Shown here: positions 1-15,000 of the stretch, in pieces
Numbering within the stretch: position 1 is the stretch's first letter
How the letters are laid out: each line of letters starts with the position of its first letter
NCBI GenBank assembly: GCA_032718475.1
Contig: JAUCBJ010007966.1
Span: forward strand, 6,938-70,937
Direction of reading: 5' to 3'
Source: Nemertoderma westbladi
Lineage: Eukaryota; Animalia; Xenacoelomorpha
Length of the DNA stretch: 64,000 nucleotides
Notes under the pieces: model-generated
Databases searched by the model: none
Told to the model about the DNA's origin: nothing
Seen by the model: only the letters and a program-made list of their open reading frames with translations
Translations under genes and position numbers: made by a program

Positions 1-3000
1 CTCTACCCATTACCTTACTCCCCTAGCCTCCCTACTACCTTCCTCTGACTCCAGGGATACCCCTAACCTCCCTACTACCTTCCTCTGACTCCAGGGATAC
101 CCCTAACCTCCTACCCATTACCTTCCTCCCCTAGCCTCCCTACTACCTTCCTCTGACTCCAGGGATACCCCTAACCTCCCTACTACCTTCCTCTGACTCC
201 AGGGATACCCCTAACCTCCCTACCCATTTCCTTCCTCCCCTAACCTCCCTACCGTTACCTTCCTCCCCTAACCTCCCTACCATTATCTTCCTCTGACTCC
301 AGGGATACCCCTAACCTCCCTACCATTATCTTCCTCTGACTCCAGGGATACCCCTAACCTCCCTACTACCTTCCTCTGACTCCAGGGATACCCCTAACCT
401 CCCTACTACCTTCCTCTGACTCCAGGGATACCCCTAACCTCCCTACTACCTTCCTCTGACTCCAGGGATACCCCTAACCTCCCTACTACCTTCCTCTGAC
501 TCCAGGGATACCCCTAACCTCCCTACTACCTTCCTCTGACTCCAGGGATACCCCTAACCTCCCTACCATTATCTTCCTCTGACTCCAGGGATACCCCTAA
601 CCTCCCTACCCATTACCTTCCTCCCCTAACCTCCCTACTACCTTCCTCTGACTCCAGGGATACCCTTAACCTCCCTACCCATTACCTTCCTCCCCTAACC
701 TCCCCACCATTACCTTCCTCTGACTCCAGGGATACCCCTAATCTCCCTACCCATTACCTTCCTCCCCTAACCTCCCTACTACCTTCCTCTGACTCCAGGG
801 ATACCCCTAACCTCCCTACTACCTTCCTCTGACTCCAGGGATACCCCTAACCTCTCTACCCATTACCTTCCTCCCCTAGCCTCCCTACTACCTTCCTCTG
901 ACTCCAGGGATACCCCTAACCTCCCTACTACCTTCCTCTGACTCCAGGGATACCCCTAACCTCTCTACCCATTACCTTCCTCCCCTAGCCTCCCTACTAC
1001 CTTCCTCTGACTCCAGGGATACCCCTAACCTCCCTACTACCTTCCTCTGACTCCAGGGATACCCCTAACCTCTCTACCCATTACCTTCCTCCCCTAACCT
1101 CCCTACTACCTTCCTCTGACTCCAGGGATACCCCTAACCTCCCTACTACCTTCCTCTGACTCCAGGGATACCCCTAACCTCCCTACCCATTTCCTTCCTC
1201 CCCTAACCTCCCTACCGTTACCTTCCTCCCCTAACCTCCCTACCATTATCTTCCTCTGACTCCAGGGATACCCCTAACCTCCCTACCATTACCTTCCTCT
1301 GACTCCAGGGATACCCCTAACCTCCCTACTACCTTCCTCTGACTCCAGGGATACCCCTAACCTCCCTACTACCTTCCTCTGACTCCAGGGATACCCCTAA
1401 CCTCCCTACTACCTTCCTCTGACTCCAGGGATACCCCTAACCTCCCTACTACCTTCCTCTGACTCCAGGGATACCCCTAACCTCCCTACTACCTTCCTCT
1501 GACTCCAGGGATACCCCTAACCTCCCTACCATTACCTTCCTCTGACTCCAGGGATACCCCTAACCTCTCTACCATTATCTTCCTCTGACTCCAGGGATAC
1601 CCATAACCTCCCTACCATTACCTTCCTCCCCTAACCTCCCTACCATTATCTTCCTCTGACTCCAGGGATACCCCTAACCTCTCTACCATTACCTTCCTCT
1701 GACTCCAGGGATACCCCTAACCTCCTACTACTTCCTCTGACTCCAGGGATACCCTAACCTCCCTACCATTATCTTCCTCCCCTAACCTCCCTACCATTAT
1801 CTTCCTCTGACTCCAGGGATACCCCTAACCTCTCCTACCATTATCTTCCTCTGACTCCAGGGATACCCATAACCTCCCTACCATTATCTTCCTCTGACTC
1901 CAGGGATACCCCTAACCTCCCTACTACCTTCCTCTGACTCCAGGGATACCCCTAACCTCCCTACCATTATCTTCCTCTGACTCCAGGGATACCCCTAACC
2001 TCCCTACTACCTTCCTCTGACTCCAGGGATACCCCTAACCTCCCTACCATTATCTTCCTCTGACTCCAGGGATACCCCTAACCTCTCCTACCCATTACCT
2101 TCCTCTGACTCCAGGGATACCCCTAACCTCCCTACTACCTTCCTCTGACTCCAGGGATACCCCTAACCTCCCTACCATTATCTTCCTCTGACTCCAGGGA
2201 TACCCCTAACCTCTCCTACCATTACCTTCCTCTGACTCCAGGGATACCCCTAACCTCCCTACTACCTTCCTCTGACTCCAGGGATACCCCTAACCTCCCT
2301 ACTACCTTCCTCTGACTCCAGGGATACCCCTAACCTCCCTACTACCTTCCTCTGACTCCAGGGATACCCCTAACCTCCCTACCATTATCTTCCTCTGACT
2401 CCAGGGATACCCCTAACCTCCCTACCATTATCTTCCTCTGACTCCAGGGATACCCATAACCTCCCTACCATTATCTTCCTCCCCTAACCTCCCTACCATT
2501 ATCTTCCTCTGACTCCAGGGATACCCCTAACCTCTCTACCATTATCTTCCTCTGACTCCAGGGATACCCCTAACCTCCCTACCATTATCTTCCTCTGACT
2601 CCAGGGATACCCATAACCTCCCTACCATTATCTTCCTCCCCTAACCTCCCTACCATTATCTTCCTCTGACTCCAGGGATACCCCTAACCTCCCTACCATT
2701 ATCTTCCTCTGACTCCAGGGATACCCATAACCTCCCTACCATTATCTTCCTCTGACTCCAGGGATACCCCTAACCTCCCTACTACCTTCCTCTGACTCCA
2801 GGGATACCCATAACCTCCCTACCATTATCTTCCTCTGACTCCAGGGATACCCCTAACCTCCCTACTACCTTCCTCTGACTCCAGGGATACCCCTAACCTC
2901 CCTACCATTATCTTCCTCTGACTCCAGGGATACCCCTAACCTCCCTACCATTACCTTCCTCTGACTCCAGGGATACCCCTAACCTCCCTACTACCTTCCT

Positions 3001-6000
3001 CTGACTCCAGGGATACCCCTAACCTCCCTACCATTATCTTCCTCTGACTCCAGGGATACCCCTAACCTCCCTACCATTACCTTCCTCTGACTCCAGGGAT
3101 ACCCCTAACCTCCCTACTACCTTCCTCTGACTCCAGGGATACCCCTAACCTCCCTACTACCTTCCTCTGACTCCAGGGATACCCCTAACCTCCCTACTAC
3201 CTTCCTCTGACTCCAGGGATACCCCTAACCTCTCTACCATTATCTTCCTCTGACTCCAGGGATACCCATAACCTCCCTACCATTATCTTCCTCCCCTAAC
3301 CTCCCTACCATTATCTTCCTCTGACTCCAGGGATACCCCTAACCTCTCCTACCATTATCTTCCTCTGACTCCAGGGATACCCCTAACCTCTCTACCATTA
3401 TCTTCCTCTGACTCCAGGGATACCCATAACCTCCCTACCATTATCTTCCTCCCCTAACCTCCCTACCATTATCTTCCTCTGACTCCAGGGATACCCCTAA
3501 CCTCCTACCATTATCTTCCTCTGACTCCAGGGATACCCATAACCTCCCTACCATTATCTTCCTCTGACTCCAGGGATACCCCTAACCTCCCTACTACCTT
3601 CCTCTGACTCCAGGATACCCCTAACCTCCCTACCATTATCTTCCTCTGACTCCAGGGATACCCCTAACCTCCCTACTACCTTCCTCTGACTCCAGGGATA
3701 CCCCTAACCTCCCTACCATTATCTTCCTCTGACTCCAGGGATACCCCTAACCTCCCTACCCATTACCTTCCTCTGACTCCAGGGATACCCCTAACCTCCC
3801 TACTACCTTCCTCTGACTCCAGGGATACCCCTAACCTCCCTACCATTATCTTCCTCTGACTCCAGGGATACCCCTAACCTCCCTATCCATTACCTTCCTC
3901 TGACTCCAGGGATACCCCTAACCTCCCTACTACCTTCCTCTGACTCCAGGGATACCCCTAACCTCCCTACTACCTTCCTCTGACTCCAGGGATACCCCTA
4001 ACCTCCCTACTACCTTCCTCTGACTCCAGGGATACCCCTAACCTCCCTACCATTATCTTCCTCTGACTCCAGGGATACCCCTAACCTCCCTACTACCTTC
4101 CTCTGACTCCAGGGATACCCCTAACCTCCCTACCATTACCTTCCTCCCCTAACCTCCCTACCTTATCTTCCTCTGACTCCAGGGATACCCCTAACCTCTC
4201 CTACCATTACCTTCCTCTGACTCCAGGGATACCCCTAACCTCCCTACCCATTACCTCTCTCCTCCCCTAACCTCCCTACTACCTTCCTCTGACTCCAGGG
4301 ATACCCCTAACCTCCCTACCTTACCTTCCTCTGACTCCAGGGATACCCCTAACCTCCCTACCATTACCTTCCTCCCCTAACCTCCCTACCTATCTTCCTC
4401 TGACTCCAGGGATACCCCTAACCTCCCTACCATTACCTTCCTCTGACTCCAGGGATACCCCTAACCTCTCTACCATTATCTTCCTCTGACTCCAGGGATA
4501 CCCATAACCTCCCTACCATTATCTTCCTCCCCTAACCTCCCTACCATTATCTTCCTCTGACTCCAGGGATACCCCTAACCTCCCTACCATTATCTTCCTC
4601 TGACTCCAGGGATACCCCTAACCTCCCTACCATTATCTTCCTCTGACTCCAGGGATACCCCTAACCTCCCTACTACCTTCCTCTGACTCCAGGGATACCC
4701 CTAACCTCCCTACCATTATCTTCCTCTGACTCCAGGGATACCCATAACCTCCCTACTACCTTCCTCTGACTCCAGGGATACCCCTAACCTCCCTACCCAT
4801 TTCCTTCCTCCCCTAACCTCCCTACCGTTACCTTCCTCCCCTAACCTCCCTACCATTATCTTCCTCTGACTCCAGGGATACCCATAACCTCCCTACCATT
4901 ACCTTCCTCTGACTCCAGGGATACCCCTAACCTCCCTACCATTATCTTCCTCTGACTCCAGGGATACCCCTAACCTCCCTACTACCTTCCTCTGACTCCA
5001 GGGATACCCCTAACCTCCCTACTACCTTCCTCTGACTCCAGGGATACCCCTAACCTCTCTACCCATTACCTTCCTCCCCTAACCTCCCTACTACCTTCCT
5101 CTGACTCCAGGGATACCCCTAACCTCCCTACTACCTTCCTCTGACTCCAGGGATACCCCTAACCTCCCTACTACCTTCCTCTGACTCCAGGGATACCCAT
5201 AACCTCCCACCATTACCTTCCTCCCCTAACCTCCCTACCATTACCTTCCTCTGACTCCAGGGATACCCCTAACCTCCCTACTACCTTCCTCTGACTCCAG
5301 GGATACCCCTAACCTCTCTACCATTATCTTCCTCTGACTCCAGGGAACCCCTAACCTCCCTACCATTTCCTTCCTCCCCTAACCTCCCTACCATTACCTT
5401 CCTCCCCTAACCTCCCTACCATTATCTTCCTCTGACTCCAGGGATACCCCTAACCTCCTACCATTACCTTCCTCTGACTCCAGGGATACCCCTAACCTCC
5501 CTACTACCTTCCTCTGACTCCAGGGATACCCCTAACCTCCCTACTACCTTCCTCTGACTCCAGGGATACCCCTAACCTCCCTACTACCTTCCTCTGACTC
5601 CAGGGATACCCCTAACCTCCCTACCATTACCTTCCTCTGACTCCAGGGATACCCCTAACCTCTCTACCATTATCTTCCTCTGACTCCAGGGATACCCCTA
5701 ACCTCCCTACCATTACCTTCCTCCCCTAACCTCCCTACCATTATCTTCCTCTGACTCCAGGGATACCCATAACCTCCCTACTACCTTCCTCTGACTCCAG
5801 GGATACCCCTAACCTCCCTACCATTATCTTCCTCTGACTCCAGGGATACCCCTAACCTCTCTACCATTATCTTCCTCTGACTCCAGGGATACCCATAACC
5901 TCTCTACCATTATCTTCCTCTGACTCCAGGGATACCCCTAACCTCCCTACCATTACCTTCCTCCCCTAACCTCCCTACCATTATCTTCCTCTGACTCCAG

Positions 6001-9000
6001 GGATACCCATAACCTCTCTACCATTATCTTCCTCTGACTCCAGGGATACCCCTAACCTCCCTACCATTACCTTCCTCCCCTAACCTCCCTACCATTATCT
6101 TCCTCTGACTCCAGGGATACCCCTAACCTCCCTACCATTATCTTCCTCCCCTAACCTCCCTACCATTATCTTCCTCTGACTCCAGGGATACCCCTAACCT
6201 CTCTACCATTATCTTCCTCTGACTCCAGGGATACCCCTAACCTCCCTACCATTACCTTCCTCCCCTAACCTCCCTACCATTATCTTCCTCTGACTCCAGG
6301 GATACCCATAACCTCCCTACTACCTTCCTCTGACTCCAGGGATACCCATAACATCCCTACCATTATCTTCCTCCCCTAACCTCCCTACCATTATCTTCCT
6401 CTGACTCCAGGGATACCTCTAACCTCCCTACCCATTACCTTCCTCCCCTAACCTCCCTACCATTATCTTCCTCTGACTCCAGGGATACCCATAACCTCCC
6501 TACTACCTTCCTCTGACTCCAGGGATACCCATAACATCCCTACCATTATCTTCCTCCCCTAACCTCCCTACCATTATCTTCCTCTGACTCCAGGGATACC
6601 CATAACCTCCCTACCATTATCTTCCTCCCCTAACCTCCCTACCATTATCTTCCTCTGACTCCAGGGATGCCCCTAACCTCTCTACCATTATCTTCCTCTG
6701 ACTCCAGGGATACCCCTAACCTCCCTACCCATTACCTTCCTCCCCTAACCTCCCTACTACCTTCCTCTGACTCCAGGGATACCCCTAACCTCCCTACTAC
6801 CTTCCTCTGACTCCAGGGATACCCCTAACCTCTCTACCATTATCTTCCTCTGACTCCAGGGATACCCATAACCTCCCTACCATTACCATTATCTTCCTCC
6901 CCTAACCTCCCTACCATTATCTTCCTCTGACTCCAGGGATACCCCTAACCTCTCTTCTACCTTCCTCTGACTCCAGGGATACCCCTAACCTCTCTACCAT
7001 TATCTTCCTCTGACTCCAGGGATACCCATAACCTCCCTACCATTATCTTCCTCCCCTAACCTCCCTACCATTATCTTCCTCTGACTCCAGGGATACCCCT
7101 AACCTCCCTACTACCTTCCTCTGACTCCAGGGATACCCCTAACCTCCCTACTACCTTCCTCTGACTCCAGGGATACCCCTAACCTCCCTACTACCTTCCT
7201 CTGACTCCAGGGATACCCCTAACCTCCCTACTACCTTCCTCTGACTCCAGGGATACCCCTAACCTCCCTACCCATTACCTTCCTCCCCTAACCTCCCCAC
7301 CATTACCTTCCTCTGACTCCTGGGATACCCCTAACCTCCCTACCTATTACCTTCCTCCCCTAACCTCCCTACCATTATCTTCCTCTGACTCCAGGGATAC
7401 CCCTAACCTTCCTACCCATTACCTTCCTCTGACTCCAGGGATACCCCTAACCTCCCTACTACCTTCCTCTGACTCCAGGGATACCCTTAACCTCTCTACC
7501 ATTATCTTCCTCTGACTCCAGGGATACCCATAACCTCCCTACCATTATCTTCCTCCCCTAACCTCCCTACCATTATCTTCCTCTTACTCCAGGGATACCC
7601 CTAACCTTCCTACCCATTACCTTCCTCTGACTCCAGGGATACCCCTAACCTCCCTACCATTGTCTTCCTCTGACTCCAGGGATACCCCTAACCTCCCTAC
7701 TACCTTCCTCTGACTCCAGGGATACCCCTAACCTCCCTACTACCTTCCGCTGACTCCAGGGATACCCCTAACCACCCTACTACCTTCCTCTGACTCCAGC
7801 GATACCCCTAACCTCCCTACTACCTTCCTCTGACTCCAGGGATACCCCTAACCTCCCTACCCATTACCTTCCTCCCCTAACCTCCCTACCATTATCTTCC
7901 TCTGACTCCAGGGATACCCCTAACCTTCCTACCCATTACCTTCCTCTGAGTCCAGGGATACCCCTAACCTCCCTACTACCTTCCTCTGACTCCAGGGATA
8001 CCCCTAACCTCCCTACCATTATCTTCCTCTGATTCCAGGGATACCCATAACCTCCCTACCATTATCTTCCTCTGACTCCAGGGATACCCCTAACCTCCCT
8101 ACTACCTTCCTCTGACTCCAGGGATACCCCTAACCTCCCTACCATTATCTTCCTCTGACTCCAGGGATACACCTAACCTCCCTACCCATTACCTTCCTCC
8201 CCTAACCTCCCTACTACCTTCCTCTGACTCCAGGGATACCCTTTACCTCCCTACTACCTTCCTCTGACTCCAGGGATACCCCTAACCTCCCTACCCATTA
8301 CCTTCCTCCCCTAACCTCCCCACCATTATCTTCCTCTGACTCCAGGGATACCCCTAACCTTCCTACCCATTACCTTCCTCTGACTCCAGGGATACCCCTA
8401 ACCTCCCTACTACCTTCCTCTGACTCCAGGGATACCCCTAACCTCCCTACCATTATCTTCCTCTGATTCCAGGGATACCCATAACCTCCCTACCATTATC
8501 TTCCTCTGACTCCAGGGATACCCCTAACCTCCCTACTACCTTCGTCTGACTCCAGGGATACCCCTAACCTCCCTACCATTATCTTCCTCTGACTCCAGGG
8601 ATTCCCCTAACCTCTCTACCCATTACCTTCCTCCCCTAACCTCCCTACTACCTTCCTCTGACTCCAGGGATACCCTTTACCTCCCTACCCATTACCTTCC
8701 TCCCCTAACCTCCCCACCATTACCTTCCTCTGACTCCAGGGATACCCCTAATCTCCCTACCCATTACCTTCCTCCCCTAACCTCCCTACTACCTTCCTCT
8801 GACTCCAGGGATACCCCTAACCTCCCTACTACCTTCCTCTGACTCCAGGGATACCCCTAACCTCTCTACCCATTACCTTCCTCCCCTAGCCTCCCTACTA
8901 CCTTCCTCTGACTCCAGGGATACCCCTAACCTCCCTACTACCTTCCTCTGACTCCAGGGATACCCCTAACCTCTCTACACATTACCTTCCTCCCCTAGCC

Positions 9001-12000
9001 TCCCTACTACCTTCCTCTGACTTCAGGGATACCCCTAACCTCCCTACTACCTTCCTCTGACTCCAGGGATACCCCTAACCTCCCTACCATTACCTTCCTC
9101 TGACTCCAGGGATACCCCTAACCTCTCTACCATTACCTTCCTCTGACTCCAGGGATACCCCTAACCTCTCTACCCATTACCTTCCCCCCCTAACCTCCCT
9201 ACTACCTTCCTCTGACTCCAGGGATACCCCTAACCTCTCTACCATTACCTTCCTCTGACTCCAGGGATACCCCTAACCTCTCTACCCATTACCTTCCCCC
9301 CCTAACCTCCCTACTACCTTCCTCTGACTCCAGGGATACCCCTAACCTCTCTACCATTACCTTCCTCTGACTCCATGGATACCCCTAACCTCTCTACCCA
9401 TTACCTTCCCCCCCTAACCTCCCTACTACCTTCCTCTGACTCCAGGGATACCCATAACCTCCCTACTACCTTCCTCTGACTCCAGGGATACCCCTAACCT
9501 TCCTACCCATTACCTTCCTCCCCTAACCTCCCTACCCATTTCCCTCCTCCCCTAACCTCCCTACCGTTACCTTCCTCCCCTAACCTCCCTACCATTATCT
9601 TCCTCTGACTCCAGGGATACCCCTAACCTCCCTACTACCTTCCTCTGACTCCAGGGATACCCATAACCTCCCTACCCATTACCTTCCTCCCCTAACCTCC
9701 CTACCCATTTCCCTCCTCCCCTAACCTCCCTACCGTTACCTTCCTCCCCTAACCTCCCTACCATTATCTTCCTCTGACTCCAGGGATACCCCTAACCTTC
9801 CTACCATTATCTTCCTCTGACTCCAGGGATACCCCTAACCTCCCTACCGTTACCTTCCTCCCCTAACCTCCCTACCATTATCTTCCTCTGACTCCAGGGA
9901 TACCCCTAACCTCTCTACCATTACCTTCCTCTGACTCCAGGGATACCCCTAACCTCTCTACCCATTACCTTCCCCCCCTAACCTCCCTACTACCTTCCTC
10001 TGACTCCAGGGATACCCATAACCTCCCTACTACCTTCCTCTGACTCCAGGGATACCCCTAACCTCCCCCCATTACCTTCCTCCCCTAACCTCCCTACCAT
10101 TACCTTCCTCTGACTCCAGGGATACCCATAACCTCCCTACCATTATCTTCCTCTGACTCCAGGGATACCCCTAACCTCCCTACCATTATCTTCCTCTGAC
10201 TCCAGGGATACCCCTAACCTCCCTACTACCTTCCTCTGACTCCAGGGATACCCATAACCTCCCTACCATTATCTTCCTCTGACTCCAGGGATACCCCTAA
10301 CCTCCCTACCATTATCTTCCTCTGACTCCAGGGATACCCATAACCTCCCTACCATTATCTTCCTCTGACTCCAGGGATACCCCTAACCTCCCTACTACCT
10401 TCCTCTGACTCCAGGGATACCCCTAACCTCCCTACCATTATCTTCCTCTGACTCCAGGGATACCCCTAACCTCCCTACTACCTTCCTCTGACTCCAGGGA
10501 TACCCCTAACCTCCCTACTACCTTCCTCTGACTCCAGGGATACCCATAACCTCCCTACCATTATCTTCCTCTGACTCCAGGGATACCCCTAACCTCCCTA
10601 CTACCTTCCTCTGACTCCAGGGATACCACTAACCTCCCTACCCATTACCTTCCTCCCCTAACCTCCCTACTACCTTCCTCTGACTCCAGGGATACCCATA
10701 ACCTCCCTACCCATTACCTTCCTCCCCTAACCTCCCTACTACCTTCCTCTGACTCCAGGGATACCCCTAACCTCCCTACCATTATCTTCCTCTGACTCCA
10801 GGGATACCCCTAACCTCCCTACTACCTTCCTCTGACTCCAGGGATACCCCTAACCTCCCTACCCATTACCTTCCTCCCCTAACCTCCCTACTACCTTCCT
10901 CTGACTCCAGGGATACCCATAACCTCCCTACCATTACCTTCCCCCCCTAACCTCCCTACTACCTTCCTCTGACTCCAGGGATACCCCTAACCTCTCTACC
11001 ATTACCTTCCTCTGACTCCAGGGATACCCCTAACCTCCCTACTACCTTCCTCTGACTCCAGGGATACCCCTAACCTCTCTACCCATTACCTTCCTCCCCT
11101 AACCTCCCTACTACCTTCCTCTGACTCCAGGGATACCCTTTACCTCCCTACCCATTACCTTCCTCCCCTAACCTCCCCACCATTACCTTCCTCTGACTCC
11201 AGGGATACCCCTAATCTCCCTACCCATTACCTTCCTCCCCTAACCTCCCTACTACCTTCCTCTGACTCCAGGGATACCCCTAACCTCCCTACTACCTTCC
11301 TCTGACTCCAGGGATACCCCTAACCTCTCTACCCATTACCTTCCTCTGACTCCAGGGATACCCCTAACCTCCCTACCATTGTCTTCCTCTGACTCCAGGG
11401 ATACCCCTAACCTCCCTACTACCTTCCTCTGACTCCAGGGATACCCCTAACCTCCCTACTACCTTCCGCTGACTCCAGGGATACCCCTAACCACCCTACT
11501 ACCTTCCTCTGACTCCAGCGATACCCCTAACCTCCCTACTACCTTCCTCTGACTCCAGGGATACCCCTAACCTCCCTACCCATTACCTTCCTCCCCTAAC
11601 CTCCCTACCATTATCTTCCTCTGACTCCAGGGATACCCCTAACCTTCCTACCCATTACCTTCCTCTGAGTCCAGGGATACCCCTAACCTCCCTACTACCT
11701 TCCTCTGACTCCAGGGATACCCCTAACCTCCCTACCATTATCTTCCTCTGATTCCAGGGATACCCATAACCTCCCTACCATTATCTTCCTCTGACTCCAG
11801 GGATACCCCTAACCTCCCTACTACCTTCCTCTGACTCCAGGGATACCCCTAACCTCCCTACCATTATCTTCCTCTGACTCCAGGGATACACCTAACCTCC
11901 CTACCCATTACCTTCCTCCCCTAACCTCCCTACTACCTTCCTCTGACTCCAGGGATACCCTTTACCTCCCTACTACCTTCCTCTGACTCCAGGGATACCC

Positions 12001-15000
12001 CTAACCTCCCTACCCATTACCTTCCTCCCCTAACCTCCCCACCATTATCTTCCTCTGACTCCAGGGATACCCCTAACCTTCCTACCCATTACCTTCCTCT
12101 GACTCCAGGGATACCCCTAACCTCCCTACTACCTTCCTCTGACTCCAGGGATACCCCTAACCTCCCTACCATTATCTTCCTCTGATTCCAGGGATACCCA
12201 TAACCTCCCTACCATTATCTTCCTCTGACTCCAGGGATACCCCTAACCTCCCTACTACCTTCGTCTGACTCCAGGGATACCCCTAACCTCCCTACCATTA
12301 TCTTCCTCTGACTCCAGGGATTCCCCTAACCTCTCTACCCATTACCTTCCTCCCCTAACCTCCCTACTACCTTCCTCTGACTCCAGGGATACCCTTTACC
12401 TCCCTACCCATTACCTTCCTCCCCTAACCTCCCCACCATTACCTTCCTCTGACTCCAGGGATACCCCTAATCTCCCTACCCATTACCTTCCTCCCCTAAC
12501 CTCCCTACTACCTTCCTCTGACTCCAGGGATACCCCTAACCTCCCTACTACCTTCCTCTGACTCCAGGGATACCCCTAACCTCTCTACCCATTACCTTCC
12601 TCCCCTAGCCTCCCTACTACCTTCCTCTGACTCCAGGGATACCCCTAACCTCCCTACTACCTTCCTCTGACTCCAGGGATACCCCTAACCTCTCTACACA
12701 TTACCTTCCTCCCCTAGCCTCCCTACTACCTTCCTCTGACTCCAGGGATACCCCTAACCTCCCTACTACCTTCCTCTGACTCCAGGGATACCCCTAACCT
12801 CCCTACCATTACCTTCCTCTGACTCCAGGGATACCCCTAACCTCTCTACCATTACCTTCCTCTGACTCCAGGGATACCCCTAACCTCTCTACCCATTACC
12901 TTCCCCCCCTAACCTCCCTACTACCTTCCTCTGACTCCAGGGATACCCCTAACCTCTCTACCATTACCTTCCTCTGACTCCAGGGATACCCCTAACCTCT
13001 CTACCCATTACCTTCCCCCCCTAACCTCCCTACTACCTTCCTCTGACTCCAGGGATACCCCTAACCTCTCTACCATTACCTTCCTCTGACTCCATGGATA
13101 CCCCTAACCTCTCTACCCATTACCTTCCCCCCTAACCTCCCTACTACCTTCCTCTGACTCCAGGGATACCCATAACCTCCCTACTACCTTCCTCTGACTC
13201 CAGGGATACCCCTAACCTTCCTACCCATTACCTTCCTCCCCTAACCTCCCTACCCATTTCCCTCCTCCCCTAACCTCCCTACCGTTACCTTCCTCCCCTA
13301 ACCTCCCTACCATTATCTTCCTCTGACTCCAGGGATACCCCTAACCTCCCTACTACCTTCCTCTGACTCCAGGGATACCCATAACCTCCCTACCCATTAC
13401 CTTCCTCCCCTAACCTCCCTACCCATTTCCCTCCTCCCCTAACCTCCCTACCGTTACCTTCCTCCCCTAACCTCCCTACCATTATCTTCCTCTGACTCCA
13501 GGGATACCCCTAACCTTCCTACCATTATCTTCCTCTGACTCCAGGGATACCCCTAACCTCCCTACCGTTACCTTCCTCCCCTAACCTCCCTACCATTATC
13601 TTCCTCTGACTCCAGGGATACCCCTAACCTCTCTACCATTACCTTCCTCTGACTCCAGGGATACCCCTAACCTCTCTACCCATTACCTTCCCCCCCTAAC
13701 CTCCCTACTACCTTCCTCTGACTCCAGGGATACCCATAACCTCCCTACTACCTTCCTCTGACTCCAGGGATACCCCTAACCTCCCCCCATTACCTTCCTC
13801 CCCTAACCTCCCTACCATTACCTTCCTCTGACTCCAGGGATACCCATAACCTCCCTACCATTATCTTCCTCTGACTCCAGGGATACCCCTAACCTCCCTA
13901 CCATTATCTTCCTCTGACTCCAGGGATACCCCTAACCTCCCTACTACCTTCCTCTGACTCCAGGGATACCCATAACCTCCCTACCATTATCTTCCTCTGA
14001 CTCCAGGGATACCCCTAACCTCCCTACCATTATCTTCCTCTGACTCCAGGGATACCCATAACCTCCCTACCATTATCTTCCTCTGACTCCAGGGATACCC
14101 CTAACCTCCCTACTACCTTCCTCTGACTCCAGGGATACCCCTAACCTCCCTACCATTATCTTCCTCTGACTCCAGGGATACCCCTAACCTCCCTACTACC
14201 TTCCTCTGACTCCAGGGATACCCCTAACCTCCCTACTACCTTCCTCTGACTCCAGGGATACCCATAACCTCCCTACCATTATCTTCCTCTGACTCCAGGG
14301 ATACCCCTAACCTCCCTACTACCTTCCTCTGACTCCAGGGATACCACTAACCTCCCTACCCATTACCTTCCTCCCCTAACCTCCCTACTACCTTCCTCTG
14401 ACTCCAGGGATACCCATAACCTCCCTACCCATTACCTTCCTCCCCTAACCTCCCTACTACCTTCCTCTGACTCCAGGGATACCCCTAACCTCCCTACCAT
14501 TATCTTCCTCTGACTCCAGGGATACCCCTAACCTCCCTACTACCTTCCTCTGACTCCAGGGATACCCCTAACCTCCCTACCCATTACCTTCCTCCCCTAA
14601 CCTCCCTACTACCTTCCTCTGACTCCAGGGATACCCATAACCTCCCTACCATTACCTTCCCCCCCTAACCTCCCTACTACCTTCCTCTGACTCCAGGGAT
14701 ACCCCTAACCTCTCTACCATTACCTTCCTCTGACTCCAGGGATACCCCTAACCTCCCTACTACCTTCCTCTGACTCCAGGGATACCCCTAACCTCTCTAC
14801 CCATTACCTTCCCCCCCTAACCTCCCTACTACCTTCCTCTGACTCCAGGGATACCCTTTACCTCCCTACCCATTACCTTCCTCCCCTAACCTCCCTACCT
14901 TACCTTCCTCTGCCTCCAGGGATACCCCTAATCTCCCTACCCATTACCTCCCTCCTCCCCTAACCTCCCTTACTACCTTCCTCTGACTCCAGGGATACCC

